Below, one piece after another: positions 37,044 to 47,828 of a stretch of DNA of 64,000 nucleotides. The DNA is from Bacillota bacterium. Lineage in GTDB: Bacteria; Bacillota; DTU025. The notes under the pieces were generated by a model. It searched no databases. It was not told where the DNA came from and saw only the letters and a program-made list of their open reading frames with translations. The stretch spans positions 1 through 64,000 of the forward strand of contig JBMNJT010000005.1 in the NCBI GenBank assembly GCA_050951805.1. Reading direction: 5' to 3'. A program made the translations under genes and the position numbers. Each line of letters begins with the position of its first letter. Positions within the stretch are counted from its first letter, which is position 1.

Positions 37044-39080
37044 CTACCCCTTGTTCGAGGGGGCCTTCACCTTCATCAGAAAGCGAACCTCGCCGGCGGC
37101 ACCTGCGGGCTTCCCTTCGAACGTGTCATATTGATCGAGGCGCACTTTCATAGCATCCAATTGAGCCTTAGCCTTCAGCGCCTCAGCGAGCCCTTCGTTT
37201 ATGCCCTTCTTCATCTCCGACGTGCCCTCATTTCGTATCCTGCCCAACCCGGAAGCAAGCTCCTTGGTGCCAGCAGTCAGCTCAACGGTTCCGTTGCTCA
37301 ACTTGCTGATGCCATCGACGAGAGCCTCGAGACCGGATACTGCAGTATCGAGCCCGGGCACATTCTGACCGTCGACTGTACCGCCCACAGCAAGAAGGCT
37401 CAACCCAGTCTTGAGATCATGCGCTCCTTCATCGAGTTTGCGCAAGTTATCGCATATCTCATCTATGCTAGGCACCTCGTGGCCTTGCACTGTGCCTCCA
37501 TATAGGAGGGCATTGAGAACCTCTACGGCCCCCATGGCCTGGTTGAGGTAATCATCCACGGAATCCAGCGACACCTTTGATAGCTGGCTCGATGCCAGCG
37601 AAATCGCGATCTTAGCCTTGCTTCCCACGGAGGCCACACTCTTTGCGTCCTCCGCAAGCTCATCGATGCTCGGCACCTGTGAGAATCCAACCCTGCCTCC
37701 CGATTTGGCGGTCTCAAGAAGGGCGTCCTGCTTCTTGATGGAAGACTCCAGTTTCTTGTACTGCAGCGATTTCGTTATCTCCGGATTCGACTTGGCAAGC
37801 GCCTCAAGCGCAGCCATAGACTCCGAACTAGCCGACTTTGCCTGGGTTATCGTCTGCGAGCAACTGGACAACCCCTTGGATACCCTTTGCGCCTTGTCAT
37901 TGAGTTCGGTCGCCTGTTCCAAAAGCTTAGGCGCCAATTCCGCCGCTGTGCCAAGTTGATCCATTGGCAGCGACGACATCGCCTCGGATATCGTATCGGA
38001 AAGTTTGACCAGGATCGGCTTGGCTGACTCGACCAATTCTATCAGCTGTTTGGGTTTTTCGAGCATCTCCGGGGTAATAGCGTCATTCATCGTCTTTGCG
38101 ATCGTCCAGTGGGCATCTGCCAGCTTGCTGAGGTCAGACACCCCATTTCCGATTGCAATCATGCCGTCCGCTACCTGAGCCTGCCCGTCAGCAAGCTTCA
38201 GCGTGCCCGACTGAGCCTGTTCAATGGCGGAATCGAGCTGATCAACTCCGGACGCCAACATCCCAAGCGCGTCGATCGCCGTATCCAGCAACTCTTCGAG
38301 CTGAGGAATTGGAGGCATCGAAGGTATGACGGTGACATCAATATCGTTCAGCTGGATATTCTCGCCTTCCAGAACCAACGTGCACGAGGCATCCGGGTTG
38401 GGCATCAACGTCCAGTTGATCTTGAGGCTCTTGCCAGCCAGAACCGTAGTGGCGTCAGGCGCCTGTATAAGCGTGTAGTCTGGAAGAGGCACATCCGTCG
38501 ATACCTGCACTATCATTGGAACGCAAACATCTTCGGCAAATGTAGTATTCTTGCCATCAACCGTATAGCTCAGATTCTCTTTCCTCGCTGTCCTGTTCAC
38601 GAGATCTACAATCACTTCCAGCCTGCCGGAACTGCCCGGAACAGCAGAAGCCGGAACGACCTTGCCGTTAAGCTTGTAGGTAACCTTTACCCCGATCGGA
38701 AGCTGTTTTTTCGAAGTTCCGGAGTAGTTTATGTCCGTTATCCGAGTGGGGTCGGCATTCCACCTGAGCCCGCCGGAAACAACGTCCGGAACCTCGGCAT
38801 TCCTGAGGTTTACAGGATTCTCAATATTCCCAGGGTCAAAAACAGATACCGGGCCACCCTGCGGAACTCTGATCCAGTCCACTACGGTAGTGGACTCGGG
38901 CATGCCATCAGACGCCAGGACGCAAAAGACCGTCTCATACTCCTGTATTCTTCCATAAGTCCCTGAAGTGCCCGAAGTCTCCGAGACTCCTCCCGGCGAC
39001 TGTGCCATGCCCACACTGCAGAGCATGAGGATCGCACAGGCGCCTATTACAGCCGTGATCTTGGCAGTCCTATTCTTCAA
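37044..39080 (-). CDS. secreted MMPL-associated protein with XXXLXXG heptad repeats (YhgE/Pip-like)
   Basis: signal peptide; ETVFCVLASDG, LASGVDQL, LADGQAQ, LSNGTVELTAGTKELASG; C-terminal VRFLMK. Confidence 0.8.
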   Translation of the reverse strand: MKNRTAKITAVIGACAILMLCSVGMAQSPGGVSETSGTSGTYGRIQEYETVFCVLASDGMPESTTVVDWIRVPQGGPVSVFDPGNIENPVNLRNAEVPDVVSGGLRWNADPTRITDINYSGTSKKQLPIGVKVTYKLNGKVVPASAVPGSSGRLEVIVDLVNRTARKENLSYTVDGKNTTFAEDVCVPMIVQVSTDVPLPDYTLIQAPDATTVLAGKSLKINWTLMPNPDASCTLVLEGENIQLNDIDVTVIPSMPPIPQLEELLDTAIDALGMLASGVDQLDSAIEQAQSGTLKLADGQAQVADGMIAIGNGVSDLSKLADAHWTIAKTMNDAITPEMLEKPKQLIELVESAKPILVKLSDTISEAMSSLPMDQLGTAAELAPKLLEQATELNDKAQRVSKGLSSCSQTITQAKSASSESMAALEALAKSNPEITKSLQYKKLESSIKKQDALLETAKSGGRVGFSQVPSIDELAEDAKSVASVGSKAKIAISLASSQLSKVSLDSVDDYLNQAMGAVEVLNALLYGGTVQGHEVPSIDEICDNLRKLDEGAHDLKTGLSLLAVGGTVDGQNVPGLDTAVSGLEALVDGISKLSNGTVELTAGTKELASGLGRIRNEGTSEMKKGINEGLAEALKAKAQLDAMKVRLDQYDTFEGKPAGAAGEVRFLMKVKAPSNKG

Positions 39081-39102
39081 CGTAAGTCACCTCGTAAAAT
39101 GA

Positions 39103-41235
39103 TCATTTGTCGTCGGACGCCGCAACAGCCGACGTCCCCGCCTGTCTCACAGAGTCATGCTTGGGCCATCCGATAGAGGTCTTCTCAAGGATCGGATTGC
39201 ACACAACCAGCGTGGCAGGGAGCATGAAAGATGTAACCGCCACGCTCACCAAAGCACCCCTCGCCAGCAAGAGAGCAAGGTCCTTGATGGCCCTCAGATT
39301 GGTGGATGCGTAGACTCCGATTATGGCGCAGAACATTGCCAGGCCGCTGTTGAGAACCGCAGGCCCGCATTCTGCCACTGTCGACCGCATCGCATCAGGC
39401 GGCGCATTCTTGTTCAGCTTTCCCTTAAATGTATTGGTAACCAAGATCGCATAGTCCACAGTAGCGCCGAGCTGTATCGCCTCAATCGCCATCCTGGAGA
39501 AGAAGAAGACCGGCGCTCCGGTGAAATACGATATTGCCTGGTTAACCCAGATTGCCACCTTAATAGCGAGTATCAATAGAATTGGCACCGTCCATGACTT
39601 GAAGGCTATCGCCACTATGGCAAAGATGCCCGCCATTGAAACCCAGTTAACCAAATCAAGGTCCTTGGAGCTGAGATCTTCAAGATCCTTGCCTATCACT
39701 GAAGTCCCGGTAAAATAGACCTCTCCAGGCAAATCCTTGATAAGCTCCCTCGTTTGCGTTATGAACTCCGGCGTTCTAGGATCGAGAATTGAGCCTTCGA
39801 GAGTGATCACGGTGTTTTCATACTCGCCGCCCACGTACTGCTTGGATACCCCTTCAGGCACGAACTCCACGGGAATCCCGGGGTCGACCACGTCTCCAAG
39901 ACACGAAGCGTCTTTCACCCCGTCCATCTCTCGGATTTGGCGCGTGAGTTCTTGCAGCCTCCACTGAGGCACGCCACGAGTTATTATGTATGCCTCCTCC
40001 ACACTGCCAAGGTCGTCTTTGAACTCCTGGAGGGCCGCAATGGAAGGCAGATCCATCGGGAACGTGCTCTCTATATCGTAGCTCGGCTCAATCTTGTTGT
40101 ATCCGTACAACCCAACCAACGCCAAAACTACGGTGAGGGCAAATACCGGAACCCTCTGCTCAGTGAGCCAGTCTCCCAACCCTTTGTAGCTTGGAAGAAT
40201 GACCGGATGATTCCACTTTCCCAAGATTGGATTGAGGGTCAACACCAAGCTTGGAAGGATGGTCAGACAGCATATAACCGACAACAGCACGCCGCGTGCC
40301 ATTAGTATCCCCATATCTGCTCCGAGGGTAATACGCATCAGCGCCAAAGATCCAAAGCCCACAGCAGTCGTGGTTGCGCTTGACAATACCGCGTTGGCAG
40401 TATAGGTTATCGCCCGCACCATGGCTTCTTCAGAGTCATGCTTCTCGCACTCGGTTTGGAATGTGTGAAGTAGAAAAATACAATAGTCCATGGTAACACC
40501 GAGTTGCATAGCCGAAGCCACCGCATTGGTCACATACGACACGTCACGCCCTAGCAGGTAGTTGATCCCCATGTTGTAAGCATAGGCCACGCCTATGGTT
40601 CCCATGAAGACCAGCGGCATCAAGGGCGACGGCAGGGTCAAGAACAAGAGGATCAATATGAGCAGGACCGCAGTCCGGACCATGACAGGCGTCTGTTCAA
40701 CCCCCAAGTCCTTTAGCTCCAGACCGCTGACGAGCGCACCTATAACCCATTGCTCCTTGTCAAGCAGGTTCTTGATGTCATTGACCGCACGTTCAGTTCG
40801 GGGCGAAACCGCATCCTCCTCGAAATTGACAATCAGGAGTGTGATCTGGCCCCTGTAGAACTTAGAGACGATATCCTCGCCCAAATAATCATGGGGTATC
40901 GTCGGATCGACTAGGTCAGAAAGCCAGAAGACCGAGGAAACTCCGTCAACATGCTCGAGTTTCTCCTTCACCTTCAGCACTGCCCAATCAGGCTGATTCC
41001 GACAGACTACGAAAGCTCGCTCCGCATACTTGAATTCCTCATCGAGGACGTTCATCCCCTCAACGGAATTGAGGTCTTTAGGAAGATACGTGAGCAAGTC
41101 GTACTGTACCTTCCTGTGCTGCATCCCGTAGACCGACGGAACCAACAGCACGGCAGCGATGATCAGTATCGCCACTCTGTTTTTTACGACAAATTCAGCT
41201 AAGCCTTTCACTGATGAGTCCCTACTTCCATACAA
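39103..41235 (-). CDS. MMPL/RND-superfamily transporter
   Basis: YDLLTYLP, QLGVTMDYCIFL and QLGATVDYAIL duplicated motifs. Confidence 0.9.
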   Translation of the reverse strand: MYGSRDSSVKGLAEFVVKNRVAILIIAAVLLVPSVYGMQHRKVQYDLLTYLPKDLNSVEGMNVLDEEFKYAERAFVVCRNQPDWAVLKVKEKLEHVDGVSSVFWLSDLVDPTIPHDYLGEDIVSKFYRGQITLLIVNFEEDAVSPRTERAVNDIKNLLDKEQWVIGALVSGLELKDLGVEQTPVMVRTAVLLILILLFLTLPSPLMPLVFMGTIGVAYAYNMGINYLLGRDVSYVTNAVASAMQLGVTMDYCIFLLHTFQTECEKHDSEEAMVRAITYTANAVLSSATTTAVGFGSLALMRITLGADMGILMARGVLLSVICCLTILPSLVLTLNPILGKWNHPVILPSYKGLGDWLTEQRVPVFALTVVLALVGLYGYNKIEPSYDIESTFPMDLPSIAALQEFKDDLGSVEEAYIITRGVPQWRLQELTRQIREMDGVKDASCLGDVVDPGIPVEFVPEGVSKQYVGGEYENTVITLEGSILDPRTPEFITQTRELIKDLPGEVYFTGTSVIGKDLEDLSSKDLDLVNWVSMAGIFAIVAIAFKSWTVPILLILAIKVAIWVNQAISYFTGAPVFFFSRMAIEAIQLGATVDYAILVTNTFKGKLNKNAPPDAMRSTVAECGPAVLNSGLAMFCAIIGVYASTNLRAIKDLALLLARGALVSVAVTSFMLPATLVVCNPILEKTSIGWPKHDSVRQAGTSAVAASDDK

Positions 41236-41245
41236 CGCCTTTTTA

Positions 41246-41261
41246 TACTGACCGGTCAGTA
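41246..41261. promoter_or_regulatory. perfect 16-bp palindrome, probable TetR operator
   Basis: TACTGACCGGTCAGTA, immediately downstream of the -10 box of the MMPL operon. Confidence 0.8.
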
Positions 41262-41268
41262 CAACGAT

Positions 41269-41297
41269 ATCCTAGTCGCTTATGGCATTAATGTCAA
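41269..41297 (-). promoter_or_regulatory. sigma70/sigmaA promoter of the MMPL-TetR operon
   Basis: TTGACA-17 bp-TAGGAT on the minus strand. Confidence 0.8.
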
Positions 41298-41867
41298 GGG
41301 GCAATCTATAATATTCTGAATTTACAAATACGCATAATGCAGGGATTTTGTGCACGAAACCTTGCACACGGGTGGGAGATTACGGTAATTGAGGAGCCTC
41401 CCGGTGATGGTCGGGGGCTTCGTAGCCGAGGGCAAGATTCCCCAAGGCAACCAAACCATAGAGAATCACAAAACACAACATATCACCGATAACCTAATCT
41501 ACAGCATTGAGGAAGAATTCAAGCGCCAAGCCAACTTGAGTTCTGGAAGGAAATAGTTATATGAAAGGAACCAACCCAGAGAATACGCAAGTTTTTCGTA
41601 TACGCGTACAACACACCAAGCAAAGCAAGAGCGTGTGGACGCCAGCAGGTCGTACTCGCAGATGTGATGATTGCACTTTGAGTCAGCGTCGCCCTAGGCT
41701 AACCATTATCTCGTGTGCACAAACCGTATCCACGGCAATGAAAAACCCAATACCGAACATTCGCGTTGCAGAACACCCCCAACCACAAAGCCATTTCATC
41801 ACGAATCCACCACATCACCAGGCTGCTCAACGCCCCGAGCCGGCCATTTGCCAGCAAAGGGCAGAGA

Positions 41868-42491
41868 TCACAGACTCGCCGCCACCGCGTCGACTGCCGC
41901 CTCCAATGCACTCACAATGCATTCCTCCGACATGCTCGGAGTCTCCGTCTTTCCAACTGCCTGTTCAGGGAGGTATGGAACGTGCATAAAACCCACCTTG
42001 ATCGGCAGATTGTTCGCTGCAACGAAATGGCACGTTGAATAAAAGACGTGGTTGCACACGAAAGTTCCGGCGCTGTATGAGAGAAACGCCGGAATCCCTT
42101 TGGCCCGTACAGCCTCTACAACTCCTCGCACGGGAATAGTGGCCCAGTAAGCAACTGGCCCCTCCGGCTCAATAAGTCTGTCACTAGGCTGATTTCCTGA
42201 ATTGTCTGGAATCCTGGCATCATCAAGGTTAAGGGCCACCCTCTCAACGCGTATCCCGGTCGAGCCGCCCGCCTGGCCTACGCTTATAACCGCCTGGGGC
42301 GAAAGCTCGCATATTGCATCCTGCACTGCCCTGGCTGAAGCCCCATACACCGTAGGTATTTCCTTTGTTATCACCTTAACGCCGCCTTGCTTCCACACTC
42401 CAGACGCCCCAAGATGTTGAACCGCCCTGGAGGCGGGATTCACCTCCTCGCCTCCAAAAGCGTCAAACCCTGTTATAAGAATCCTGGCCAT
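41868..42491 (-). CDS. pcp: pyroglutamyl-peptidase I
   Basis: ILITGFDAFGGEEVNP, GQAGG, ERVALN, SAGTFVCN, GFMHVP. Confidence 0.95.
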   Translation of the reverse strand: MARILITGFDAFGGEEVNPASRAVQHLGASGVWKQGGVKVITKEIPTVYGASARAVQDAICELSPQAVISVGQAGGSTGIRVERVALNLDDARIPDNSGNQPSDRLIEPEGPVAYWATIPVRGVVEAVRAKGIPAFLSYSAGTFVCNHVFYSTCHFVAANNLPIKVGFMHVPYLPEQAVGKTETPSMSEECIVSALEAAVDAVAASL

Positions 42492-42598
42492 AGCTAAGCC
42501 CCCTCAAAGGCGTCCATTATAGCCGGTGCAGACTCCCTTTTAGCCTCAATGAACCACGCCGCCACGGGAGGCCACCCGAACACTGCCCCGGCATGCAC

Positions 42599-44710
42599 CT
42601 ACTTTGCGATAATGCACAGCACCTCGCCTGCCCCTTTGGGCAAAGATATCTCTGCAATCTCGGCAGCCCCCCGGCTCCCCCGCCTATACTCAATTGCGCC
42701 TTCGTTGCCGTCTATATCGAAGTATCGCACGCCTTCAATCCCGCCCTCCGGCAGCTCCGTTGCCAGCACGCCGCCTTCCACTCGCTCAGGGTTCGAGATG
42801 ATGTACAGATCGCCACCCCCGTCAAGACGCCAATGAACCACTTCCATGCCTTCGGGCTTCTCGACTATTCCTTCATCATCAACGAATGTCCCCCTTTTGA
42901 AGAAGGGGTTGAGCCTGTTCCTCAAGGTGATCGCGGCCTTCAGGTACGCGTGGAGCTCATCTTCGAGCGTGGCAGCCTTTTCGAGGCCCACCCAGAACAC
43001 AGAGCCCAAAAGCAGCGCCCTGTTGAGATCCTTGTGGAGCCTACACGCTCTGGCCTCGCCTTCCAGATGACGCTTGGGGTTGCACATGTTCACTTGAACA
43101 TACTCTGGAAACGTATACTTGAACAGGTTGTAAAACTCGTCATAATCCTCGCCGTTCCAAGTGAGGCTTCCCCAGACGTACGACCCGTATATGTCTCCGC
43201 AGTTCTCGATCATCAAAAATGAGTCTTCATTGATGCTGCGGATTCGGGCAAGAAGCTCCCTGAGAACTCTGAGATAGCCCTGGTTGAATCGGCCAATGTC
43301 GCTATGGGTGTGATCAGGATCGTAGCATGGAAACGGCTCTGCCGACCCGAGCTGGTCAAGGTAGATGCCCTTAGCACCGTAGCTTCGAACCATCCAGCTT
43401 CCCATCTCTATAAGGTAATCCTGCCACTCCTTGTTCGAAGGGCAAAGCACCACGAACTCGTGGGGACCGTATACCTCGTGGTACATCTCGCCTGCATGGT
43501 CCTTCATCGCCCATTTCTTGCCCAAAGTATCGAAGAAGTCGGACTTGACATGGAAGATTCGCGAGTTGATGTAGAATGTTACAAATCCCTCGTTCTCATT
43601 GACATACCGACACCCTTCAGCCAGCTGCCATGGCGTGCCGAGCTCCATGTCGGGTTGGTATTCCGGGTAATCCTGGTCGAATCCGCTCCGGTTCCATGAA
43701 GCGATGAACATGTGCCGCATGCCATAATCTAGTCGGCCCGCATCATACATCGATGGTATATCGCTAAAGCGGTTGAAGATAACACCATTTCTCTTGAAAT
43801 TGTAGCACTGGTTCAGTATCGTCTCATCCTTCAGATACTCTGGATTGTCGGGCATTTCGATGATGCCGTCGATCCACTTTCTGTACCTTCGCGCACCCCA
43901 GTGCCAGTCCTTGGTGGTAATGGCCACAGCAGACGGATTCGATCGCCACGTCTCGCCCTGCTTCACCACGACGTATTTCCGGAGGCCCCATCCCATCCAC
44001 GGATCATCCGGCCCGCCCGTCTCGACTCTCAGTCCTGTAACGAGGAAGTCCTTGTCATATGAAGCCAGATAGAAACCATTGCGGTCGTCATAATAGTACA
44101 TCCAGTCCATTGACGCCAGACCGCAGTAGTTGATTTCCCTGCTGAACACCCCGTCCTTCCCGCGCGTGGTAGCCCCCCTCCCGAAACCGAGGTAGCGCTC
44201 GGTCGTATACTCTCTCACAGGCGCAAGTGTTCGCTCGCCTGCGTGGTGAGGGTATATGATTACATCATCCTCCCATGTCTCTCCCAAGTAAAACCCGCGG
44301 AAATAGGGGAATAGGACTTCAACCACCTTGTAACGCTCGTCCTCGTTGCGGATCTCAATCGTCCACAGGCTCTCAGGATCATCATCTGCGGCATCAATGT
44401 TCACAGTTGCCCCTATATTTGCAGGTGCCTCGGCTGCCCCTGCAATGCGGCCACTATCGAAAGAAATCGCAAGCGATGATCTATCCCCCGCGACGCCCTC
44501 CTCGATGTTCACCGCGCTTTCCGGCAAAACCTCAACTTTCTCACCGGTCTCTTTGTCAATGCAGTATAGCTTGTACATGGAACCCGCAGCAGTACAAGAC
44601 TTCAAGTAATCATCACCAGTAAAACGATTCACGAGCCGACTTGTGCAGCCCCGTTCGCCATCTATGTAGAGCTCGAAATGCCTGTTGCCCAGAGAATACT
44701 CCTCAGTCAC
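42599..44710 (-). CDS. DUF6259-like putative glycoside hydrolase
   Basis: GFDQDYPEY, YINSR, GIYLDQLG pattern of GH36-like TIM-barrel proteins; last gene of a sugar ABC operon. Confidence 0.6.
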   Translation of the reverse strand: MTEEYSLGNRHFELYIDGERGCTSRLVNRFTGDDYLKSCTAAGSMYKLYCIDKETGEKVEVLPESAVNIEEGVAGDRSSLAISFDSGRIAGAAEAPANIGATVNIDAADDDPESLWTIEIRNEDERYKVVEVLFPYFRGFYLGETWEDDVIIYPHHAGERTLAPVREYTTERYLGFGRGATTRGKDGVFSREINYCGLASMDWMYYYDDRNGFYLASYDKDFLVTGLRVETGGPDDPWMGWGLRKYVVVKQGETWRSNPSAVAITTKDWHWGARRYRKWIDGIIEMPDNPEYLKDETILNQCYNFKRNGVIFNRFSDIPSMYDAGRLDYGMRHMFIASWNRSGFDQDYPEYQPDMELGTPWQLAEGCRYVNENEGFVTFYINSRIFHVKSDFFDTLGKKWAMKDHAGEMYHEVYGPHEFVVLCPSNKEWQDYLIEMGSWMVRSYGAKGIYLDQLGSAEPFPCYDPDHTHSDIGRFNQGYLRVLRELLARIRSINEDSFLMIENCGDIYGSYVWGSLTWNGEDYDEFYNLFKYTFPEYVQVNMCNPKRHLEGEARACRLHKDLNRALLLGSVFWVGLEKAATLEDELHAYLKAAITLRNRLNPFFKRGTFVDDEGIVEKPEGMEVVHWRLDGGGDLYIISNPERVEGGVLATELPEGGIEGVRYFDIDGNEGAIEYRRGSRGAAEIAEISLPKGAGEVLCIIAK

Positions 44711-44714
44711 CTCA

Positions 44715-45458
44715 TTAGTAACCTACCTTCTCATATTCTGCCCACGCCTTGGCATTGAACTCCCCAGCGCCGGGCATGTTGTTGCTCATGTATATGTGCG
44801 GCTTCTTGCCCCGCTCGAGCATCATCTCGACTACGCGCGCCTGAACCGCCCAGATGATGTATGAGGCGGCGATGCCCGACGACGGGCAGATGCCTTGCTC
44901 AAGCTCATCCACGTAGACCAGAGTATCGCCCACATTCGAACAATTGTCGAGCACGATGTCGCACACTTCAAATAGTCTTTTCCCGCTGGAATGCTTGGCC
45001 TCAAGGTTGCTGGAATATTCGACCGCCGTGAGCCCGATTACAGTCAACCCCAGTTTCTTCGCATCCATAGCCATCTGAACAGGCATGATGTTGATGCCCG
45101 AGACTGACCCTACAAGCAGCACATCGCCGGGCAGCATATTGCTTTTCTCGACTATGAACTGGGGCAGCCCTTCTATGGAGTCCATGAAGACCCGCTTTTT
45201 TGAGACCCCCCGCTCTCTGTAGCGGACGGGGTTTTCAACGTTGAGAGAGACTCTCACCGGTCGGACCGCCATAAGGCCGCCTGTCCTTCCAATCGCCTCG
45301 TACATGAGCATGTGCCCCGTGTCCATGATATGCCACGCCCCGTCTGAAAGCAGGGATTCTGTTATGGCCTCGGCACTTTTCTCGATCGCCTCCATCTGCG
45401 TGGATTCGATCCGTTCAAGAACAGCCTTCATGTTGGCAAAATACTCTGATGTAAGCAT
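44715..45458 (-). CDS. SIS-domain sugar isomerase protein (UPF0309-like)
   Basis: DTGHML, RTGGL, SVSGIN, SGKRLFEVCDIVLDN. Confidence 0.85.
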   Translation of the reverse strand: MLTSEYFANMKAVLERIESTQMEAIEKSAEAITESLLSDGAWHIMDTGHMLMYEAIGRTGGLMAVRPVRVSLNVENPVRYRERGVSKKRVFMDSIEGLPQFIVEKSNMLPGDVLLVGSVSGINIMPVQMAMDAKKLGLTVIGLTAVEYSSNLEAKHSSGKRLFEVCDIVLDNCSNVGDTLVYVDELEQGICPSSGIAASYIIWAVQARVVEMMLERGKKPHIYMSNNMPGAGEFNAKAWAEYEKVGY

Positions 45459-45564
45459 ACACACGCACCTCACGATACTTGCTAGGTTAAACGTCGCGGG
45501 TATTCCTAACGCGACAGGGCGCACCTGTTGCAGGGCGCCCCGTCACGCATCTATTGGATGAAAA

Positions 45565-46830
45565 CTAGAACTTGCCTGACAGGATATCCGCCGCCTGCTT
45601 CTCAACGGCCTTCACGGCATCCTCCACAGACTTCTGGCCCAACCACATCAGGTCGAATTCCTGCTCCACCATTTTGAAGAAGTCGACGCCATACACTGGC
45701 GATGGGAACGGTTTGCTGAAGGAGAGGGACTCGATCAGGTACTTGTGATCAGGACGGATCTTCACAAAAGCGCTGACATTTGTATCCTTCCTTGCGGGAA
45801 GGCCCATGCCGCTCATGAGGGCTATCTCCTGCGCTTCCTTGCTGGCGAAGAACTTCAGCACGCGCCAGGAGAGATCCGGCCTCTTCGCTCCCGACGGGAT
45901 GGCCCAGGCATTCACGAATGCAGTGGTTACGCGCTGCTTGCCCTTGGGCAGCGGTCTGATCACGTAATCAACCCCGGCGTTTTTCAGGTCGACTGTGGTA
46001 GACAGTCCGCCTTCAACCATTGCAACTCGGCCCGCGATGAACGGTGCCGTCTGAGCATTTCCGAACTGGCGAGCTTGTGTTTCTGTGGGCATCACGCCGT
46101 CAACCGCCAACTTCTGCAGGAACTTCAGAGCCTCAATGGTTTCAGGCTTCCCTATGAGGGACTTGCCTTCCTTGGTGCAAAGGCCTCCGCCGTTCTGCAT
46201 AAGCCAATGGGTAAACCCATCCATGTACTTTCTGAAGTAGAATCCCCACTGATCCGGCTTTCCGTCGCCATCGATGTCGCGGGTCATCTTTCTAGCTATA
46301 GCCTCGAAGTCGGCCCACGTCCAGTCCTCATCCGGTATCGCAACTCCTGCTTCCTTGAAGAGCTTCGTGTTGAAGAACATGACCTTGCTCGTGATGTCTC
46401 TCGGCATGGCATAGAAGCTGCCATTATACGTAAGGGCATCGGCCACGACCGGGAAGAGCTGCTTCATCTCGTCTTTGTAGTCCTTCTGAATGTACTTGTC
46501 GAGGTTCATGATCGCACCCTTGGATGCGTAGACTGGGATCTTGTCCATGGCAAGCATCATGACGTCAGGAAGGTCGGCGCCGCCTGCAATCATGACAAGC
46601 ATTTTATCGGCGTATCCGCTTCCTACCTGTAGATACTCGAGTTCCAGGTCGGGGTTGAGTTCTTCGAACTTCGCCTTGAGCCGCTTAAGCGGCTCGCTAG
46701 ATGTGAAGTCCCACCAGGATATAACCTGAACCTTGGTCCTGTTCGACTTTGCTTCCATAGGTACACACATTGAAAGCATGACTACCACAACTGCTGCTGA
46801 AAGCAACGCCCTTCTGAAAGAAGGTTTCAT
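45565..46830 (-). CDS. carbohydrate ABC transporter substrate-binding protein
   Basis: signal peptide; FEELNPD, YNGSFYAMP, FNTKLFKEAGV, DIDGDGKPDQWG. Confidence 0.92.
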   Translation of the reverse strand: MKPSFRRALLSAAVVVVMLSMCVPMEAKSNRTKVQVISWWDFTSSEPLKRLKAKFEELNPDLELEYLQVGSGYADKMLVMIAGGADLPDVMMLAMDKIPVYASKGAIMNLDKYIQKDYKDEMKQLFPVVADALTYNGSFYAMPRDITSKVMFFNTKLFKEAGVAIPDEDWTWADFEAIARKMTRDIDGDGKPDQWGFYFRKYMDGFTHWLMQNGGGLCTKEGKSLIGKPETIEALKFLQKLAVDGVMPTETQARQFGNAQTAPFIAGRVAMVEGGLSTTVDLKNAGVDYVIRPLPKGKQRVTTAFVNAWAIPSGAKRPDLSWRVLKFFASKEAQEIALMSGMGLPARKDTNVSAFVKIRPDHKYLIESLSFSKPFPSPVYGVDFFKMVEQEFDLMWLGQKSVEDAVKAVEKQAADILSGKF

Positions 46831-46965
46831 CTTTTCACTTCCTCCTTTTTGCTTGCGGAAAGGTAGTATTCACACGGTTCAGCAGTGATCAGATCATCGA
46901 CGCTTCGTAGCCGGTCTACCGCCCCCTTAAGTTGATGCATTACCATGACAGCCTTTGTCCAAACC

Positions 46966-47808
46966 CTATCGTCCCCCCATTCCGGATGTGAGCGATCCAG
47001 CCATGAAATACTGCTGGAAACAGATGAATATGAGGATGACGGGGACAATAGCTATTGTAGTGCCAGCCATGAGAATATCCCAGCTTGACTGAGCATTGCT
47101 CTGCAAATATGTCAGGCCGACCTGTATTGGCATTTTCATAAAATCGTTTATTACCACATTAGGCCAGAGGAAGCTGTTCCATTCAGTCTTGAATCCTATG
47201 ATCGCCAGGGCCGCCAGAGCCGGTCTGGAATTAGGCATCATGATGTTCCACCAGACGCCCCATTGCGAGCAACCATCAATCAAGGCAGCCTCCTCGAGTT
47301 CCCGGGGAATGCTCAGAAAATGCTGGCGCATAAAGAAGATCTTAAACACCAAGCTTGCGCTGAATATTGCAGGGATTATCAGGGCTATATACCTGTTGAC
47401 CCATCCCAGTTTAATCATCAAGGCATATCTTGGAATCAACGTTACGTGTCCCGGAAGCATCATTACTCCCAGCAGCAACATGAAGATGAAATCCCTGCCC
47501 TTAAACTCCAAGCGGGCAAAGGCATATGCCGCCATCGACGCCAGGATTATCGAGATCGCAGGAACTACTGTGGCTAGAAACATCGAGTTGAGAAGGAACC
47601 GGCCGAACGGAAGCAGTTCAAGAACCCTCTTGTAGTTGTTGAGGGTGAACGGTTTTGGAATCAGGTCGAGCGGGTTCCCTCCGTATATCTGCTGATTGGT
47701 CTTAAACGACGCTGTCACTGACCAGACAAAGGGATATATCATTATCACAGCCAGGAAGATAAGTACTATATACAAAATCACAGTGGAGATTCTCTTCTTG
47801 CGCTTCAT
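46966..47808 (-). CDS. carbohydrate ABC transporter permease (MalG-like)
   Basis: IPRELEEAALIDGC EAA motif. Confidence 0.93.
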   Translation of the reverse strand: MKRKKRISTVILYIVLIFLAVIMIYPFVWSVTASFKTNQQIYGGNPLDLIPKPFTLNNYKRVLELLPFGRFLLNSMFLATVVPAISIILASMAAYAFARLEFKGRDFIFMLLLGVMMLPGHVTLIPRYALMIKLGWVNRYIALIIPAIFSASLVFKIFFMRQHFLSIPRELEEAALIDGCSQWGVWWNIMMPNSRPALAALAIIGFKTEWNSFLWPNVVINDFMKMPIQVGLTYLQSNAQSSWDILMAGTTIAIVPVILIFICFQQYFMAGSLTSGMGGR

Positions 47809-47828
47809 GTTCTTTCCCCCTCCCCGGC

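Noticed and set aside
41330-41860. Possible riboswitch or degraded membrane-protease gene in the intergenic region
   Set aside because: Only a GC hairpin (about 41393-41421, likely a terminator) and short hydrophobic fragments; no recognisable riboswitch consensus or continuous frame
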